The translations under genes were made by a program, and so were the position numbers. A stretch of 64,000 bases of DNA from a virus (taxonomy: Duplodnaviria; Heunggongvirae; Uroviricota; Caudoviricetes; Thumleimavirales; Hafunaviridae). The number at the start of each line of letters is the position of its first letter. Position 1 is the stretch's first letter. The notes under the pieces were generated by a model. That model searched no databases and was not told the origin of the DNA. It saw nothing but the letters and a program-made list of their open reading frames with translations. Positions 26,961-35,979 of the stretch are shown here, piece by piece. The stretch is taken from the IMG/VR virus record IMGVR_UViG_2974793816_000001, positions 12,760 to 76,759 of that record. One strand, given 5' to 3'.

Positions 26961-27661
26961 GGTGCGCGAAGGCTGTTTCCTTTCAGGTGTTCCTCGTAGG
27001 CGTTGAACACGAGCGGCGACCACTCCTTACACTCGTCCAGAACCTTCGTGGCGAACTCGCGGGCTTCCCATTGGGCCTTCATGTTCTTCCGAAGGTCGAA
27101 GAAGTGCATCAGCGTCCGAGCGTTCGCGGAGAACGTCATGTCAACCTCTACGCCGATGGGGAGAACGAACCGGGCGTCCTCTTTCGCCATCCCCTGCTCG
27201 ATGAGCCGTTCGTACAGCTCCACCGAGTTGAGGAAGTGCCCTTCGAGGGCGTCCTTCCCGGTGAAGTTCTGAGCCGGGCCGTCGTACTGACCGAGAACCA
27301 CGTCTTCAGCTCCGGGGTTCTTCTTGTCACCCGGCGGAATCACTATGTCCTTCTCCGAGAAGTCGCAGTACCGCTGGCTCTGAACGTCGAAGCTCATGTG
27401 ACGGTGGCGCGTCACCTGAGCCATAGCCGACCGCGAGAGTCCTTCAACAGCGAAGAACGCTTGGATGTGTTCAAACGGCCCGAAGTGGCCGCGTCGGAGT
27501 AGTTCACCGAGCAGTTCCTCGTGGCTCTTGGGCGTCCCTTCGAGTGCGTCCTCGACGGTCTTGCCGACGAGAGATTCGCTCATGTAGTCGCCCCGAGCGG
27601 CCAGTACCGGAACGTCGTCGGGGTTCTGCGTGCTGTATTCTGTCTTGAGTTCGACTTTCAT
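26957..27661 (-). CDS. thyX: flavin-dependent thymidylate synthase ThyX
   Basis: RHRHMSFDVQSQRY motif (ThyX RHRxxSxxxxSxR signature). Confidence 0.85.
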   Translation of the reverse strand: MKVELKTEYSTQNPDDVPVLAARGDYMSESLVGKTVEDALEGTPKSHEELLGELLRRGHFGPFEHIQAFFAVEGLSRSAMAQVTRHRHMSFDVQSQRYCDFSEKDIVIPPGDKKNPGAEDVVLGQYDGPAQNFTGKDALEGHFLNSVELYERLIEQGMAKEDARFVLPIGVEVDMTFSANARTLMHFFDLRKNMKAQWEAREFATKVLDECKEWSPLVFNAYEEHLKGNSLRAP

Positions 27662-27826
27662 TCGTGGTAGTAAGAAACGGAAAACTCGATTTCGGTCATT
27701 TCCGGCTGGTAGTGATGGGTTTCCTGAAACCCCTCGATGCGGCAGTCCTCTCGTAGTACGTCGCTGAGAACGTCAGCAAGTAGTGATGCGATTTCGTCTT
27801 CGGTAACGGTTTGATAGCGTCTCATA
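27659..27826 (-). CDS. 55-aa micro-ORF translationally coupled to thyX (ATGA overlap)
   Basis: Not in the ORF track. MRRYQTVTEDEIASLLADVLSDVLREDCRIEGFQETHHYQPEMTEIEFSVSYYHE. Its stop overlaps the thyX ATG. Confidence 0.35.
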
Positions 27827-27863
27827 GATGTATCTCTCTGGTTAGAATCTCGCAGAAGTCGCT

Positions 27864-27918
27864 CCTCACTCTAATAGACGTGGAGCAAGGACTTAAAGAC
27901 TTCTATTTGAGTCTTTAG
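27864..27918 (+). promoter_or_regulatory. family-1 repeat element between the polB 3' end and the thyX operon start
   Basis: CCTCACTCTAATAGACGTGGAGCAAGGACTTAAAGACTTCTATTTGAGTCTTTAG. In reverse orientation the TATA core lies about 60 nt upstream of the micro-ORF ATG. Confidence 0.45.
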
Positions 27919-30506
27919 CAGAACGCGGCCAGCCCGGTTTGGCTCTGACCTTCAATCGCGGCGTCAACGTCAATGTCCACCGCTTCGAGGATGTCCACCA
28001 TCGGGTTGCGAACGAGCGTGTCTTGCATCCGCTTCACGTCCACGGTGAGCTGGTCACGGAGGTCGTCCAACTGCGCCCCCCGTTCGTATCCAATCACATC
28101 GAGCGTGTCTTCTCCGAGCGTCGTGTGCTTGAGGTAGACCCGCTTGACCGTGTTCCCCTTCCCGAAGTTACAGTCCTTGATGAACTTGTTAGCGTAGAAC
28201 GCCGCTCGGGGCGAAGCGCCCTTCGGCGTCCCGTCAGACCACGAGTAGTCTTCAAGCTCTTTTCCAAGGCCGCCGGGGATTCCGATGAGGTCGAAGTCCG
28301 GGTTCGAGGCGTCGATGCGCTCGGCTCCCTCTCGGATGATGCGGCGAATCTCGTCTTGAGAGCCACCACGAACAATCGTCTCCAGCGTCTCCCGCTGAAC
28401 TTCCTTGGTGAGCTGAGCCGTGTTCGCCTTCTTACACGGGTAGCCGGAGATGGAGAGCTTGCCCTTCCCGTCCTTGATTTGGGCGTCGTAGTCCATCCCC
28501 TCGTCCCACACCTTCACGTAGGCGTAGAACTTCTTTTGCCCGGACATGAAGAAGTGAGAGGCGTACATCTCGATTTCAATGTCGAACCGGCACGGGTCGG
28601 TCGGCATCCCGTACTCGGCGGCGAGGTCAACGTACACCTCGTTGTTCAGCGTGTCCGTAATTGCGTCAGCGGCTTCGAGGCACTCTCGCTGATTCATCGA
28701 GCTGTCAAACTCGATATAGTTTGAGTCGGTGTCGCCATATGCCACATTAGCGATACTTTCCTCGTCCACGTACTTCGCAGTACGCTTAATCACCGCCTGC
28801 CCCGTAAGGGTGACAGCGGCGGCAATATCGGCGTCGTAGAGGAAGAACCGAACCCACCCAAGAACGCCGTAGATGCTGTTAACTATCGTCTTCCTGACAC
28901 TATACTCCTCGGCCCACTTCGACTTCTCCTCGGCGCTCAGCGAGTCGTCCTTCTTCATCTCGCCAGCGTGTTCCTTGAGGCGGAGAGCTTCGTCCACCAG
29001 TTCGCGGAACACGCCGTCGTAATCGAGTCGGAAGTAAACGTCGTTGGCCGCCTTCGCCACCGGAACGAGGTCGCCGCCTTCCTCCAGAACCGCGTAGAGG
29101 CCGTCGTCGTGTTCCTCCACGTAGAGCGGGTCAACCTTCGTCTCCGGGCTGGCGTTCAGCATCCAGAGCGTGTTCGGATACAGGCTTGCCAAGTCGATTC
29201 CGACGACGTTCTCCTTGAGGCCGTTGAAGGCGTCGAACACAAACGCTCCGTCGTAACTCCCGGTATCCTCGGGTTCGGTAGCCGTTGGCCCGGCATAGCC
29301 CTCCGTGTGTAGCTTCCGGCGAATCATCATCTCGATGAACTCGTTGTTCGCCGTGGTCTGCTCGAAGTCCAGACCAATCGTGTCACGGAGCGCCTTCTTG
29401 AACGCGAGGACGTTCGCGGCTTCGTTGATACCGACCGTGAGGAAAACGTCCTTCGTGTTGTAGTTGAGGAACTTGCGGGTGTTCTCCGAATACAGCTCGT
29501 AGAATCCCTTTTCCGTGTGTTCAATCTTCGCGTCTTCCAACTCCATCTGAGCGGCGTTGTCCAGCGCCCCGCTGACCTTCGTGAACTTGGTGTCCTTCCA
29601 AGCGTCCATCAGGTCGTAGCAGGTGCGTCCCTGAATCGTCGGGCCGCCGTACCCGGTGTAGGCGTTCCCGGTGCGGGAGAGGCGGTCAGCGTTGACACCG
29701 CGCTCTTTCATCCGCTCGATAACGAACGGGGTGTCGAACCCGTTGCTGTTCCACCCAACCACGAGGTCGGCGTCGATTTCCTGAACGTACTTGGCGAAGG
29801 AAGTGAGCATCTTCCGCTCATCCGGCTCGAACTTGAGCTGGCTGAGGTGTTCGAGGCCGAGGTCTTCCGGGTGGCTCACTTCATCGAGGTTGGTGTCGGG
29901 GAAGCGTTCCCCAAGCCCGTGACCGTCGAGGTCGATGAACCCAACGTATTCGTCTCGGTAGTTGTCGTGAGCGACGATGGAGAGGATACGCGCCTGTCCG
30001 TAGTCGGGAAAGCCCTCTCCCCGGTCGTCCGTCTCAATGTCGAACGTCAGAACACGGGGCGGGGCGTCCATCTCCACCGGCTCAATCTCATCGGGAGTGA
30101 CCCGACTCGATGGGACTCGAACGCCGGTCTTGATACCGAGGTCGATACGAAGCCGGTCGGTGTAGTCCACGTCGGCTTCCCACGACTTCGAGAAGAACGA
30201 GGCGACCTCGCCCATCTTCTTCGGGTTGTTGACGATAACCTTCACCAGCTCGTCGCCGTCAACGAGGCCGGTCTTGTCGGTGTCAGCGTACCCTTCGAGG
30301 TAGTCGTTGTCGAACGGGTCAACCTTCCCGCGTTCCTCGGCGGGGACGTAGAAGTAGGCGGGGAAGTTCTCCACCGTAACGGAGTCAGACTTCCCGGCTT
30401 CGGTTCGCCCGAACAGCTTGACTTTCGGGGTGTAATCCTCGTAGACCAGTTCGGTGTTAGTGATGTAGATTTCCTTCATTTCAAATGAGGCAGGCGCTCC
30501 ATCCAC
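27915..30506 (-). CDS. polB: family-B DNA polymerase
   Basis: 863 aa with the YGDTDS polymerase motif and an exonuclease domain. The first ATG (MKEIYIT...) is near 30480. Confidence 0.9.
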   Translation of the reverse strand: MDGAPASFEMKEIYITNTELVYEDYTPKVKLFGRTEAGKSDSVTVENFPAYFYVPAEERGKVDPFDNDYLEGYADTDKTGLVDGDELVKVIVNNPKKMGEVASFFSKSWEADVDYTDRLRIDLGIKTGVRVPSSRVTPDEIEPVEMDAPPRVLTFDIETDDRGEGFPDYGQARILSIVAHDNYRDEYVGFIDLDGHGLGERFPDTNLDEVSHPEDLGLEHLSQLKFEPDERKMLTSFAKYVQEIDADLVVGWNSNGFDTPFVIERMKERGVNADRLSRTGNAYTGYGGPTIQGRTCYDLMDAWKDTKFTKVSGALDNAAQMELEDAKIEHTEKGFYELYSENTRKFLNYNTKDVFLTVGINEAANVLAFKKALRDTIGLDFEQTTANNEFIEMMIRRKLHTEGYAGPTATEPEDTGSYDGAFVFDAFNGLKENVVGIDLASLYPNTLWMLNASPETKVDPLYVEEHDDGLYAVLEEGGDLVPVAKAANDVYFRLDYDGVFRELVDEALRLKEHAGEMKKDDSLSAEEKSKWAEEYSVRKTIVNSIYGVLGWVRFFLYDADIAAAVTLTGQAVIKRTAKYVDEESIANVAYGDTDSNYIEFDSSMNQRECLEAADAITDTLNNEVYVDLAAEYGMPTDPCRFDIEIEMYASHFFMSGQKKFYAYVKVWDEGMDYDAQIKDGKGKLSISGYPCKKANTAQLTKEVQRETLETIVRGGSQDEIRRIIREGAERIDASNPDFDLIGIPGGLGKELEDYSWSDGTPKGASPRAAFYANKFIKDCNFGKGNTVKRVYLKHTTLGEDTLDVIGYERGAQLDDLRDQLTVDVKRMQDTLVRNPMVDILEAVDIDVDAAIEGQSQTGLAAFC

Positions 30507-30600
30507 AGTTCAGGCACGTTTCACAACCGCCCTGAGGGGCGATTCGGGGGCTATCACATCCACACGGTGCGGCTTGCTGGTGACTCTTGTTCTGGTTCAT
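30484..30600 (-). CDS. 39-aa zinc-ribbon micro-protein coupled to polB
   Basis: Not in the ORF track. MNQNKSHQQAAPCGCDSPRIAPQGGCETCLNCGWSACLI. Stop lies 1 nt before the polB ATG. Its ATG overlaps the upstream stop (ATGA). Confidence 0.3.
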
Positions 30601-31070
30601 CGTGATTTGGTGATTGAAACTTCTGACCGCGACCACGACGTGTTCGCCGTGTTTTCCGGTGCGACTCGCTGTACGTCCTCGAATCCAGAGCGATTGCGCT
30701 GAATCCGGCTCTCCCCCTCGATGATGGTATTCGCTTCGGGGTCGTAGGCGACCATATCTCCGTTCAGGAAAGCCGCCGTGTCGTACTCGATTACTCGGGA
30801 GTCGTCCCGCTCGATGATGAACACGGTCTTGACCCCCATCCCCTTGACTCGGGAGAGAATATCCTCGGAGATTGCGTAGCCAGCGTACTTTCGGAAGTAG
30901 TGCTGGTCGGCGTCTCCCTTCCCGTGTCGGTTCCGGGGGAAGGTAGCAACGCGACCTCGGTGGCTATCCTCCCCGAAGTGACCGATTAGAACATCGGATT
31001 TCAGTATCGGTGCGACGAGCTGAACATTCGGTGCTGGTGTTTCGGCGTAGTCGTGTAGTGTGCTACTCAT
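30597..31070 (-). CDS. hypothetical protein (157 aa)
   Basis: First gene of a coupled trio with the zinc-ribbon micro-ORF and polB. Confidence 0.4.
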   Translation of the reverse strand: MSSTLHDYAETPAPNVQLVAPILKSDVLIGHFGEDSHRGRVATFPRNRHGKGDADQHYFRKYAGYAISEDILSRVKGMGVKTVFIIERDDSRVIEYDTAAFLNGDMVAYDPEANTIIEGESRIQRNRSGFEDVQRVAPENTANTSWSRSEVSITKSR

Positions 31071-31251
31071 TATCTCGATGTTTCTCCTTCATTGTCGCTG
31101 TCTTTGCCACCTCGAAACAGAGAGGACAGAGCGACTTGCCGGGAATCGGCTCTCGCTTTTCGCATTTTCTACAAGTGGTCATATCTCTGGATTCGTGCCG
31201 CACCGCCAGCGGATGCTGACGGTGTTTCGACCGAAACAGAGAATTAGAGAA

Positions 31252-32166
31252 TTAGAGATACGCCGGGGACTCTCCCCGATACTCGTCTTTCCACTCAGCG
31301 TAGCTGAGCGTGTCGTCGCGGTAGAAATACTCCCGACCGGGGAACGGGTGTTCCTCGTTCGGCCCGATACACATTTCCTCCCGAGAGGGAGGACGGGCCT
31401 TTCGCTCGGGTTCAAGAAGTGACGGTGCTTGTGGGTGTTCGACCTCCCGCCGTCGCCGGTTCAGGAACGCAGAGTCAACGCGGTCTTCTTTGTTCCAAGA
31501 TTTCAGGACGTTCTCCATCGACCGCTCGATGCGGTCATAGTAGTTGTAGCCGTCCTCTCCCCACTTGTCTCCCTGCCACACGTCTCCGAATTGGGCCGCT
31601 TTCAGGGGAGAGGCGGTGTCCACGGAGTGAACAGGAACGTAGTGGGACAGCTCGAACTGGCGGTGTGGGCTTCCACCGAGGATATGAACACTCCGGCAGT
31701 TACGGTACTCCCATACCGGCCACGGTACACCACCAAAGCGGTCTTGAGCGGGGAGTCCGACGCGGAACCGGGAGGGAACACGGTCGGGTTTGACGCCCTT
31801 CGGAACCACGATAACAACGTCTGCGTGGCGACGGAGACGGTCAGCTTTAGCAAGAATAGAAGTGAGGTCAGACTCGTCTCCAATATCAGGCGCAACAGCA
31901 TATTTTGGCTTCTCGCGTTTCACCACATCGAGGTGGGCTTTCCACTTCTGCTCGAACGAGAGGTCGTCCTGTAAGAACGGCCAATCGACGAACTCCACCG
32001 GAATCTCCCTCGGTGGTCGGGCTTTCGTACTCTCCATCCCCACGAGCGAGCCACCACGGTAGGCCGCTCGGGGCATATCTTCTCCGCCGCAGGACGTGAC
32101 TATAACATCAACATCGTTTCGTGAGCTGGTGCTGTTGCTGGTCGGTGCGTACTCGGTGAGACTCAT
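31252..32166 (-). CDS. tRNA-guanine transglycosylase-family protein (DpdA-like, putative 7-deazaguanine DNA transglycosylase)
   Basis: RSVHILGGSPHRQ...VHSVDTASP aligns with the RPVHLFGAGHP...VDLFDSASY segment that I recall from archaeal/bacterial TGT enzymes. An N-terminal VTSCGGE segment resembles the TDSGG box. Confidence 0.45.
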   Translation of the reverse strand: MSLTEYAPTSNSTSSRNDVDVIVTSCGGEDMPRAAYRGGSLVGMESTKARPPREIPVEFVDWPFLQDDLSFEQKWKAHLDVVKREKPKYAVAPDIGDESDLTSILAKADRLRRHADVVIVVPKGVKPDRVPSRFRVGLPAQDRFGGVPWPVWEYRNCRSVHILGGSPHRQFELSHYVPVHSVDTASPLKAAQFGDVWQGDKWGEDGYNYYDRIERSMENVLKSWNKEDRVDSAFLNRRRREVEHPQAPSLLEPERKARPPSREEMCIGPNEEHPFPGREYFYRDDTLSYAEWKDEYRGESPAYL

Positions 32167-32461
32167 TAGGAATTGTCAGCTACTTCAGGCTGTGAGCGTG
32201 CTGTGCGTACAGGGTGTTGCGAATCGTCTCCGCGTTCTCCGCTTCACCGTGCTGTCTCACCACGCGCTTCATCTGAGCGTACTCGGTCAGAATGGTAGCG
32301 AGGTCATCGAACGATTCGTTGTGTAGGACGAAGCTGAGGTTGCCTTCGGTCATTTTCGGTTATTGATTTCGTATCGCAGGTAGTCGTATATCGCTCCAAG
32401 TCCGTAGCTCAGCACGAGAACGCCGAGCGGGATTAGGCAGAGTCGCAGGAACACTTCCCCG

Positions 32462-32662
32462 TCACTCATCGAGGCCGAGTTGAGCGGGGATTTTCGTGTT
32501 GCCAAACGGGGCGCACCCGGTACAGTAGACGACCGAGGCGGTCGCCCCACGGTAGCGGGCGCTTCTTTTCTGGACTACGTAGTAATCCTCGTTCGACTCG
32601 GGGTTCAGGTAGTTGAACTCCTTGTTACACTTCGTACAGTTGTGGGGTAGATTGAAGTCCAT
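32462..32662 (-). CDS. zinc-ribbon protein
   Basis: CTKCNKEF...CTGCAPF, two CxxC pairs. Confidence 0.3.
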   Translation of the reverse strand: MDFNLPHNCTKCNKEFNYLNPESNEDYYVVQKRSARYRGATASVVYCTGCAPFGNTKIPAQLGLDE

Positions 32663-32890
32663 TTACTCGTTGATGCTCAGCACCTCGATGCTTCCTTGCC
32701 GTAGGTCGATTCCGTCTCGGATGATTTCCACGGGGTCGTTGTGGAACCAGTAGTCAGCGTCCACCCCATCCTCGATTTCGTCTGGTGGATAGATTGTCAG
32801 CCGTTGCGTGAACTCTACGTCGAGTGTGATTCCATCTGTCATTAGTGAATCCGAACGAGGCCCCAACAGTTGTGGCACTTCGTGGCCCAC
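32663..32890 (-). CDS. hypothetical small protein
   Basis: 75-aa acidic ORF. Confidence 0.3.
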   Translation of the reverse strand: MGHEVPQLLGPRSDSLMTDGITLDVEFTQRLTIYPPDEIEDGVDADYWFHNDPVEIIRDGIDLRQGSIEVLSINE

Positions 32891-32969
32891 GTTTCGCCGT
32901 CGTGGTGGTCGGGGCTGATTTCCTCTTTGTAGTGGTCTTGTTCCTCAGGTGAGCAGTCGCAATGAGACA

Positions 32970-33986
32970 TTAGTAGGGATACCAGTTCTTCGTTCGCTTG
33001 TGGTTCGTTATCTCGTCTTTCGGCTTCGTAGAGCCATCAGGCTCCGCGAATCCGTGGTAGCCTTCGCCGCCCTTCTTCCCCCACGACGACGGGCATTGGT
33101 CGTAGAAGAAGCACTTGCCGTGACCGTAGTGACAGAGCGGGCCGGTGTCTATGTCGTAGTTCTCCACCTCGGGCTTCATCTGCATCCCGAGGACAGCCTT
33201 GCGGATGATGTGTCGGCGGTCTTCGTCCGGGTACGGACTGACGACCAGCTCATCCTCTTGCGGGTAGTACCCGGCGACCCCGGCGATTTCGTAGTCGAGG
33301 TCGTTCTCGAACAGCCACCCGTAGAACTCACCCTCAAGGTAGATTCCCTTGTGGCGGTACTTCGGGTCTTGAACCTTCCCGGTCTTGTAGTCGAGAATCA
33401 CCACTCCTTCATCCGCCTCGATGCCGGGAACCGTTGCGGCGTGAAGCAGGGCGTCGGCGTATCCCATCCACGGGATGTTTCCGATGGGAATGTCGTCGCC
33501 TTCGAGCCGACCTTCGACTTCAACCCCGATGGGGAGCCACGCATCGAGGGCGTACTCCATCACGGTCTTCCCGTCTCGGGGGTCGTCCAGAGCGCGGAAC
33601 TTCGCGGCGGCGTAGTCGCAGGCCAGCTCCCACCGCTTGTCCTCGAACTTCCAGAAGTTCGCAATGTGGGGGTGGAGCCATTGCGCCCAATCCTCCCACG
33701 GCCCCATCAACTCGGCATACGTCTCGGGACGCTCACCGTGTTCCTGAACGTACTCGATGAGGTTGAGGTGGAAGTCTTCGTAGGCCCGGTGAATCTGACT
33801 CCCCTTCTCCGTGTGGTAAGAGCCGGGTGTCCGGTTCCCACACCAGTAGGAGTAGTAGAACTTCCGGGGACATTGAAGGTACGTCTTGACTCGGGACTTC
33901 GAGACGTGTTCGAGTCCGTTCTCAACGTGTTCGTCGGGAACAGTAAGGTCGATTTCCTCTCCGTCGTCGGTGAGTGCCTTACTCAT
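32970..33986 (-). CDS. Cas4-like / RecB-family PD-(D/E)xK exonuclease with Fe-S cysteines
   Basis: N-terminal QCPRKFYY motif, core VILDYKTGK motif, C-terminal CHYGHGKCFFYDQC cysteine triad. Confidence 0.75.
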   Translation of the reverse strand: MSKALTDDGEEIDLTVPDEHVENGLEHVSKSRVKTYLQCPRKFYYSYWCGNRTPGSYHTEKGSQIHRAYEDFHLNLIEYVQEHGERPETYAELMGPWEDWAQWLHPHIANFWKFEDKRWELACDYAAAKFRALDDPRDGKTVMEYALDAWLPIGVEVEGRLEGDDIPIGNIPWMGYADALLHAATVPGIEADEGVVILDYKTGKVQDPKYRHKGIYLEGEFYGWLFENDLDYEIAGVAGYYPQEDELVVSPYPDEDRRHIIRKAVLGMQMKPEVENYDIDTGPLCHYGHGKCFFYDQCPSSWGKKGGEGYHGFAEPDGSTKPKDEITNHKRTKNWYPY

Positions 33987-34127
33987 CGACCTTCTCCACG
34001 TTCACCTCGTAGCTTCCAGAGGGCCGTTCGAGGATGATGGAACCCTCGTCACCGAGGTCGGGGTCGGCGTCGTAACCCCCATCGTCGCAGATTGCCTTGA
34101 GCCACGAGTCGGTTGGGCTGTGGGGAT

Positions 34128-34352
34128 TCACTCGCTTTCCTCCAGAGTCTTTACGTGGTCGGTAATGTCCATCGCGTGAAGCTCTCCATCCGTCTTCTGG
34201 AACTCGATTACCGCCCTGTCCTGAGAGGCCGCTCGCTGGAGAATGTCCATCAGAACATCCTTCGTCTCTTGCGGGAGTCCGACGCTCACGAGAACAACGC
34301 CTCCGCTTGATTCTTCATCACTCGGGGTTCCGGGTCGAACACGCCCTCCCAC
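34128..34352 (-). CDS. hypothetical small protein
   Basis: 74-aa ORF. Confidence 0.3.
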   Translation of the reverse strand: MGGRVRPGTPSDEESSGGVVLVSVGLPQETKDVLMDILQRAASQDRAVIEFQKTDGELHAMDITDHVKTLEESE

Positions 34353-34443
34353 TTTTTGTTCCGCTCCTTTGCTATCTTGATTGACCGCTCGATTTCGAGT
34401 GCGAGCGAGTCAATCTCGTCGTGTAGGTCTTGGTCTTCTTTCA

Positions 34444-34725
34444 TCATCGCAAGTTGCTTGCGAGGTTGACGTAGCCGAGTCGGTCACGGTAGTCGTCCTC
34501 ATTATAATCGCCACCCTGCGCTCGGGCCAATTTGAACAACGCCATCATCTCAGCCACGTCAGCGGGCCGGATGTTCGGGTCGGGACAGCCCGTGTTCAGG
34601 AAGTAAGCGTTCCAGTAGTGAGCGATTCGTTGAAACGAGTCCTCCGGCGCACCGTGTGTTTCAGTACGCCCCTCGATGATTTCCTGTGCTTCTTCGAGCA
34701 GTCTCCCGTTATTCACTTCGTCCAT
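34444..34725 (-). CDS. hypothetical small protein
   Basis: 93-aa ORF. Confidence 0.3.
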   Translation of the reverse strand: MDEVNNGRLLEEAQEIIEGRTETHGAPEDSFQRIAHYWNAYFLNTGCPDPNIRPADVAEMMALFKLARAQGGDYNEDDYRDRLGYVNLASNLR

Positions 34726-35095
34726 GTCGTACTCGGTCGTATTTGATTTCGTCCACGTCCATCCGAACGTGGTCGGTCACTTCCTCGCAAACCGGACACA
34801 CCATCTCGGTCTGCTCACCCCTGTCTCGCTGGCTGATTACGTCCGTCTCGAAGTCACCGCACTCCGAACAGCGGTAACGGAAGGCGTCCTTGATACCTCG
34901 AACTTGCGACCGGACGATTCGACCGCCCTGAATCTGCTTGAGTCCGTTCTCGTAGTAGAACTTCACCGTCCCATCAGGGAGGTTCATCACATCGACTACG
35001 TTCTCGTACTCTCGGAAGTTCGTGAGGTTGCCGTCGTCGTCAACCTGAGCGAGATGGATGTTGTGGCTAATTCCGTCTGTTCCGAAACTCATCAT
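34709..35095 (-). CDS. zinc-finger protein
   Basis: CSECGDF...CPVCEE. Confidence 0.35.
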   Translation of the reverse strand: MMSFGTDGISHNIHLAQVDDDGNLTNFREYENVVDVMNLPDGTVKFYYENGLKQIQGGRIVRSQVRGIKDAFRYRCSECGDFETDVISQRDRGEQTEMVCPVCEEVTDHVRMDVDEIKYDRVRHGRSE

Positions 35096-35113
35096 TGGTG
35101 GTGAAGGGCGCGT

Positions 35114-35494
35114 TTACTCGTCGTCCGGTGCGAAGTACCCGGAGTGCTTGCCGTCGCGTTCTCCGAGTAGTTCGAGGTCGCCTCTCTGGAGTCTGAGGTA
35201 GACGCCGAAAGAAGACTCCTTGAGTCCTTCCAGAATCTCGATGAGCTGTTCGTCCTTCTCGCCCTTCGCCATGAGAATCCGCTCATCGAGGGCATTACTC
35301 AGCTTGAGTGCCCCCGACTTGTAGGCGTCCAGCTCTTGATGGGCCGTCTTAATGTCGCCCACGAGGTCGGAGAGACGTTCTTCCTCACCCCCGATTTCCA
35401 CGGTCGTCTCGTTCATCAGGCGTTTCAACTCCTCGGTCTTCTCAGTAGGGTCTGTCATTTCCATATTAGATTCCTCCAGCTTCAGCGGAGACAC
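35114..35494 (-). CDS. coiled-coil protein
   Basis: 126 aa, charged, helical. Confidence 0.35.
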   Translation of the reverse strand: MSPLKLEESNMEMTDPTEKTEELKRLMNETTVEIGGEEERLSDLVGDIKTAHQELDAYKSGALKLSNALDERILMAKGEKDEQLIEILEGLKESSFGVYLRLQRGDLELLGERDGKHSGYFAPDDE

Positions 35495-35891
35495 GACCCG
35501 CCGCCTTCGGGTCGTTTACTACTTCGTAGGTCGGTCGCCCTTCGTCGCAGATAAGACCGCACTCCGGGCACACCGGCTCTCCCGTGTCGATTTTTCGGGC
35601 GGCTTCTTCGCAGTCCGGGCAGACGATGGTTTCCTCTTTGACCTTCTTCTTGAGGACTTTGCCTCTCGGGGAGTCGTGAGCGATGGGAATGAACTCGTCG
35701 TAGTAGCCCTCCATCAGCTCCCCATCAATCATTCGTCCGGGGTGGTAGCGGCGGAGGTGGGTCGGCATCCAGTCGTACTCGGTTTCGAGGGCGAACTTGT
35801 GAAGCGCCCAGTAGTTGTGGATTCCCTCCCCGCTCTCGATGGTCGTCGTGTCTGCTCTCGGCGTGCCGAAGAACTCGTCTTTGTTGTCCAT
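35466..35891 (-). CDS. zinc-ribbon protein
   Basis: CPDCEE...CPECGLIC. Confidence 0.35.
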   Translation of the reverse strand: MDNKDEFFGTPRADTTTIESGEGIHNYWALHKFALETEYDWMPTHLRRYHPGRMIDGELMEGYYDEFIPIAHDSPRGKVLKKKVKEETIVCPDCEEAARKIDTGEPVCPECGLICDEGRPTYEVVNDPKAAGRVSAEAGGI

Positions 35892-35979
35892 TTGGTGTCC
35901 TGCTGTTTGCGTACTGCTAAAGAGTCGAAGCTCGGTACATAACTCTTAAGATAAGAGTCGGAACTACCTCGATGAGTCT

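Noticed and set aside
27939-28724. 261-aa + strand ORF, and several others, antisense to the DNA polymerase gene
   Set aside because: Arg/Val/Leu-rich and low-complexity, fully contained within and opposite to the well-supported polB ORF. Typical GC-rich antisense artefact.
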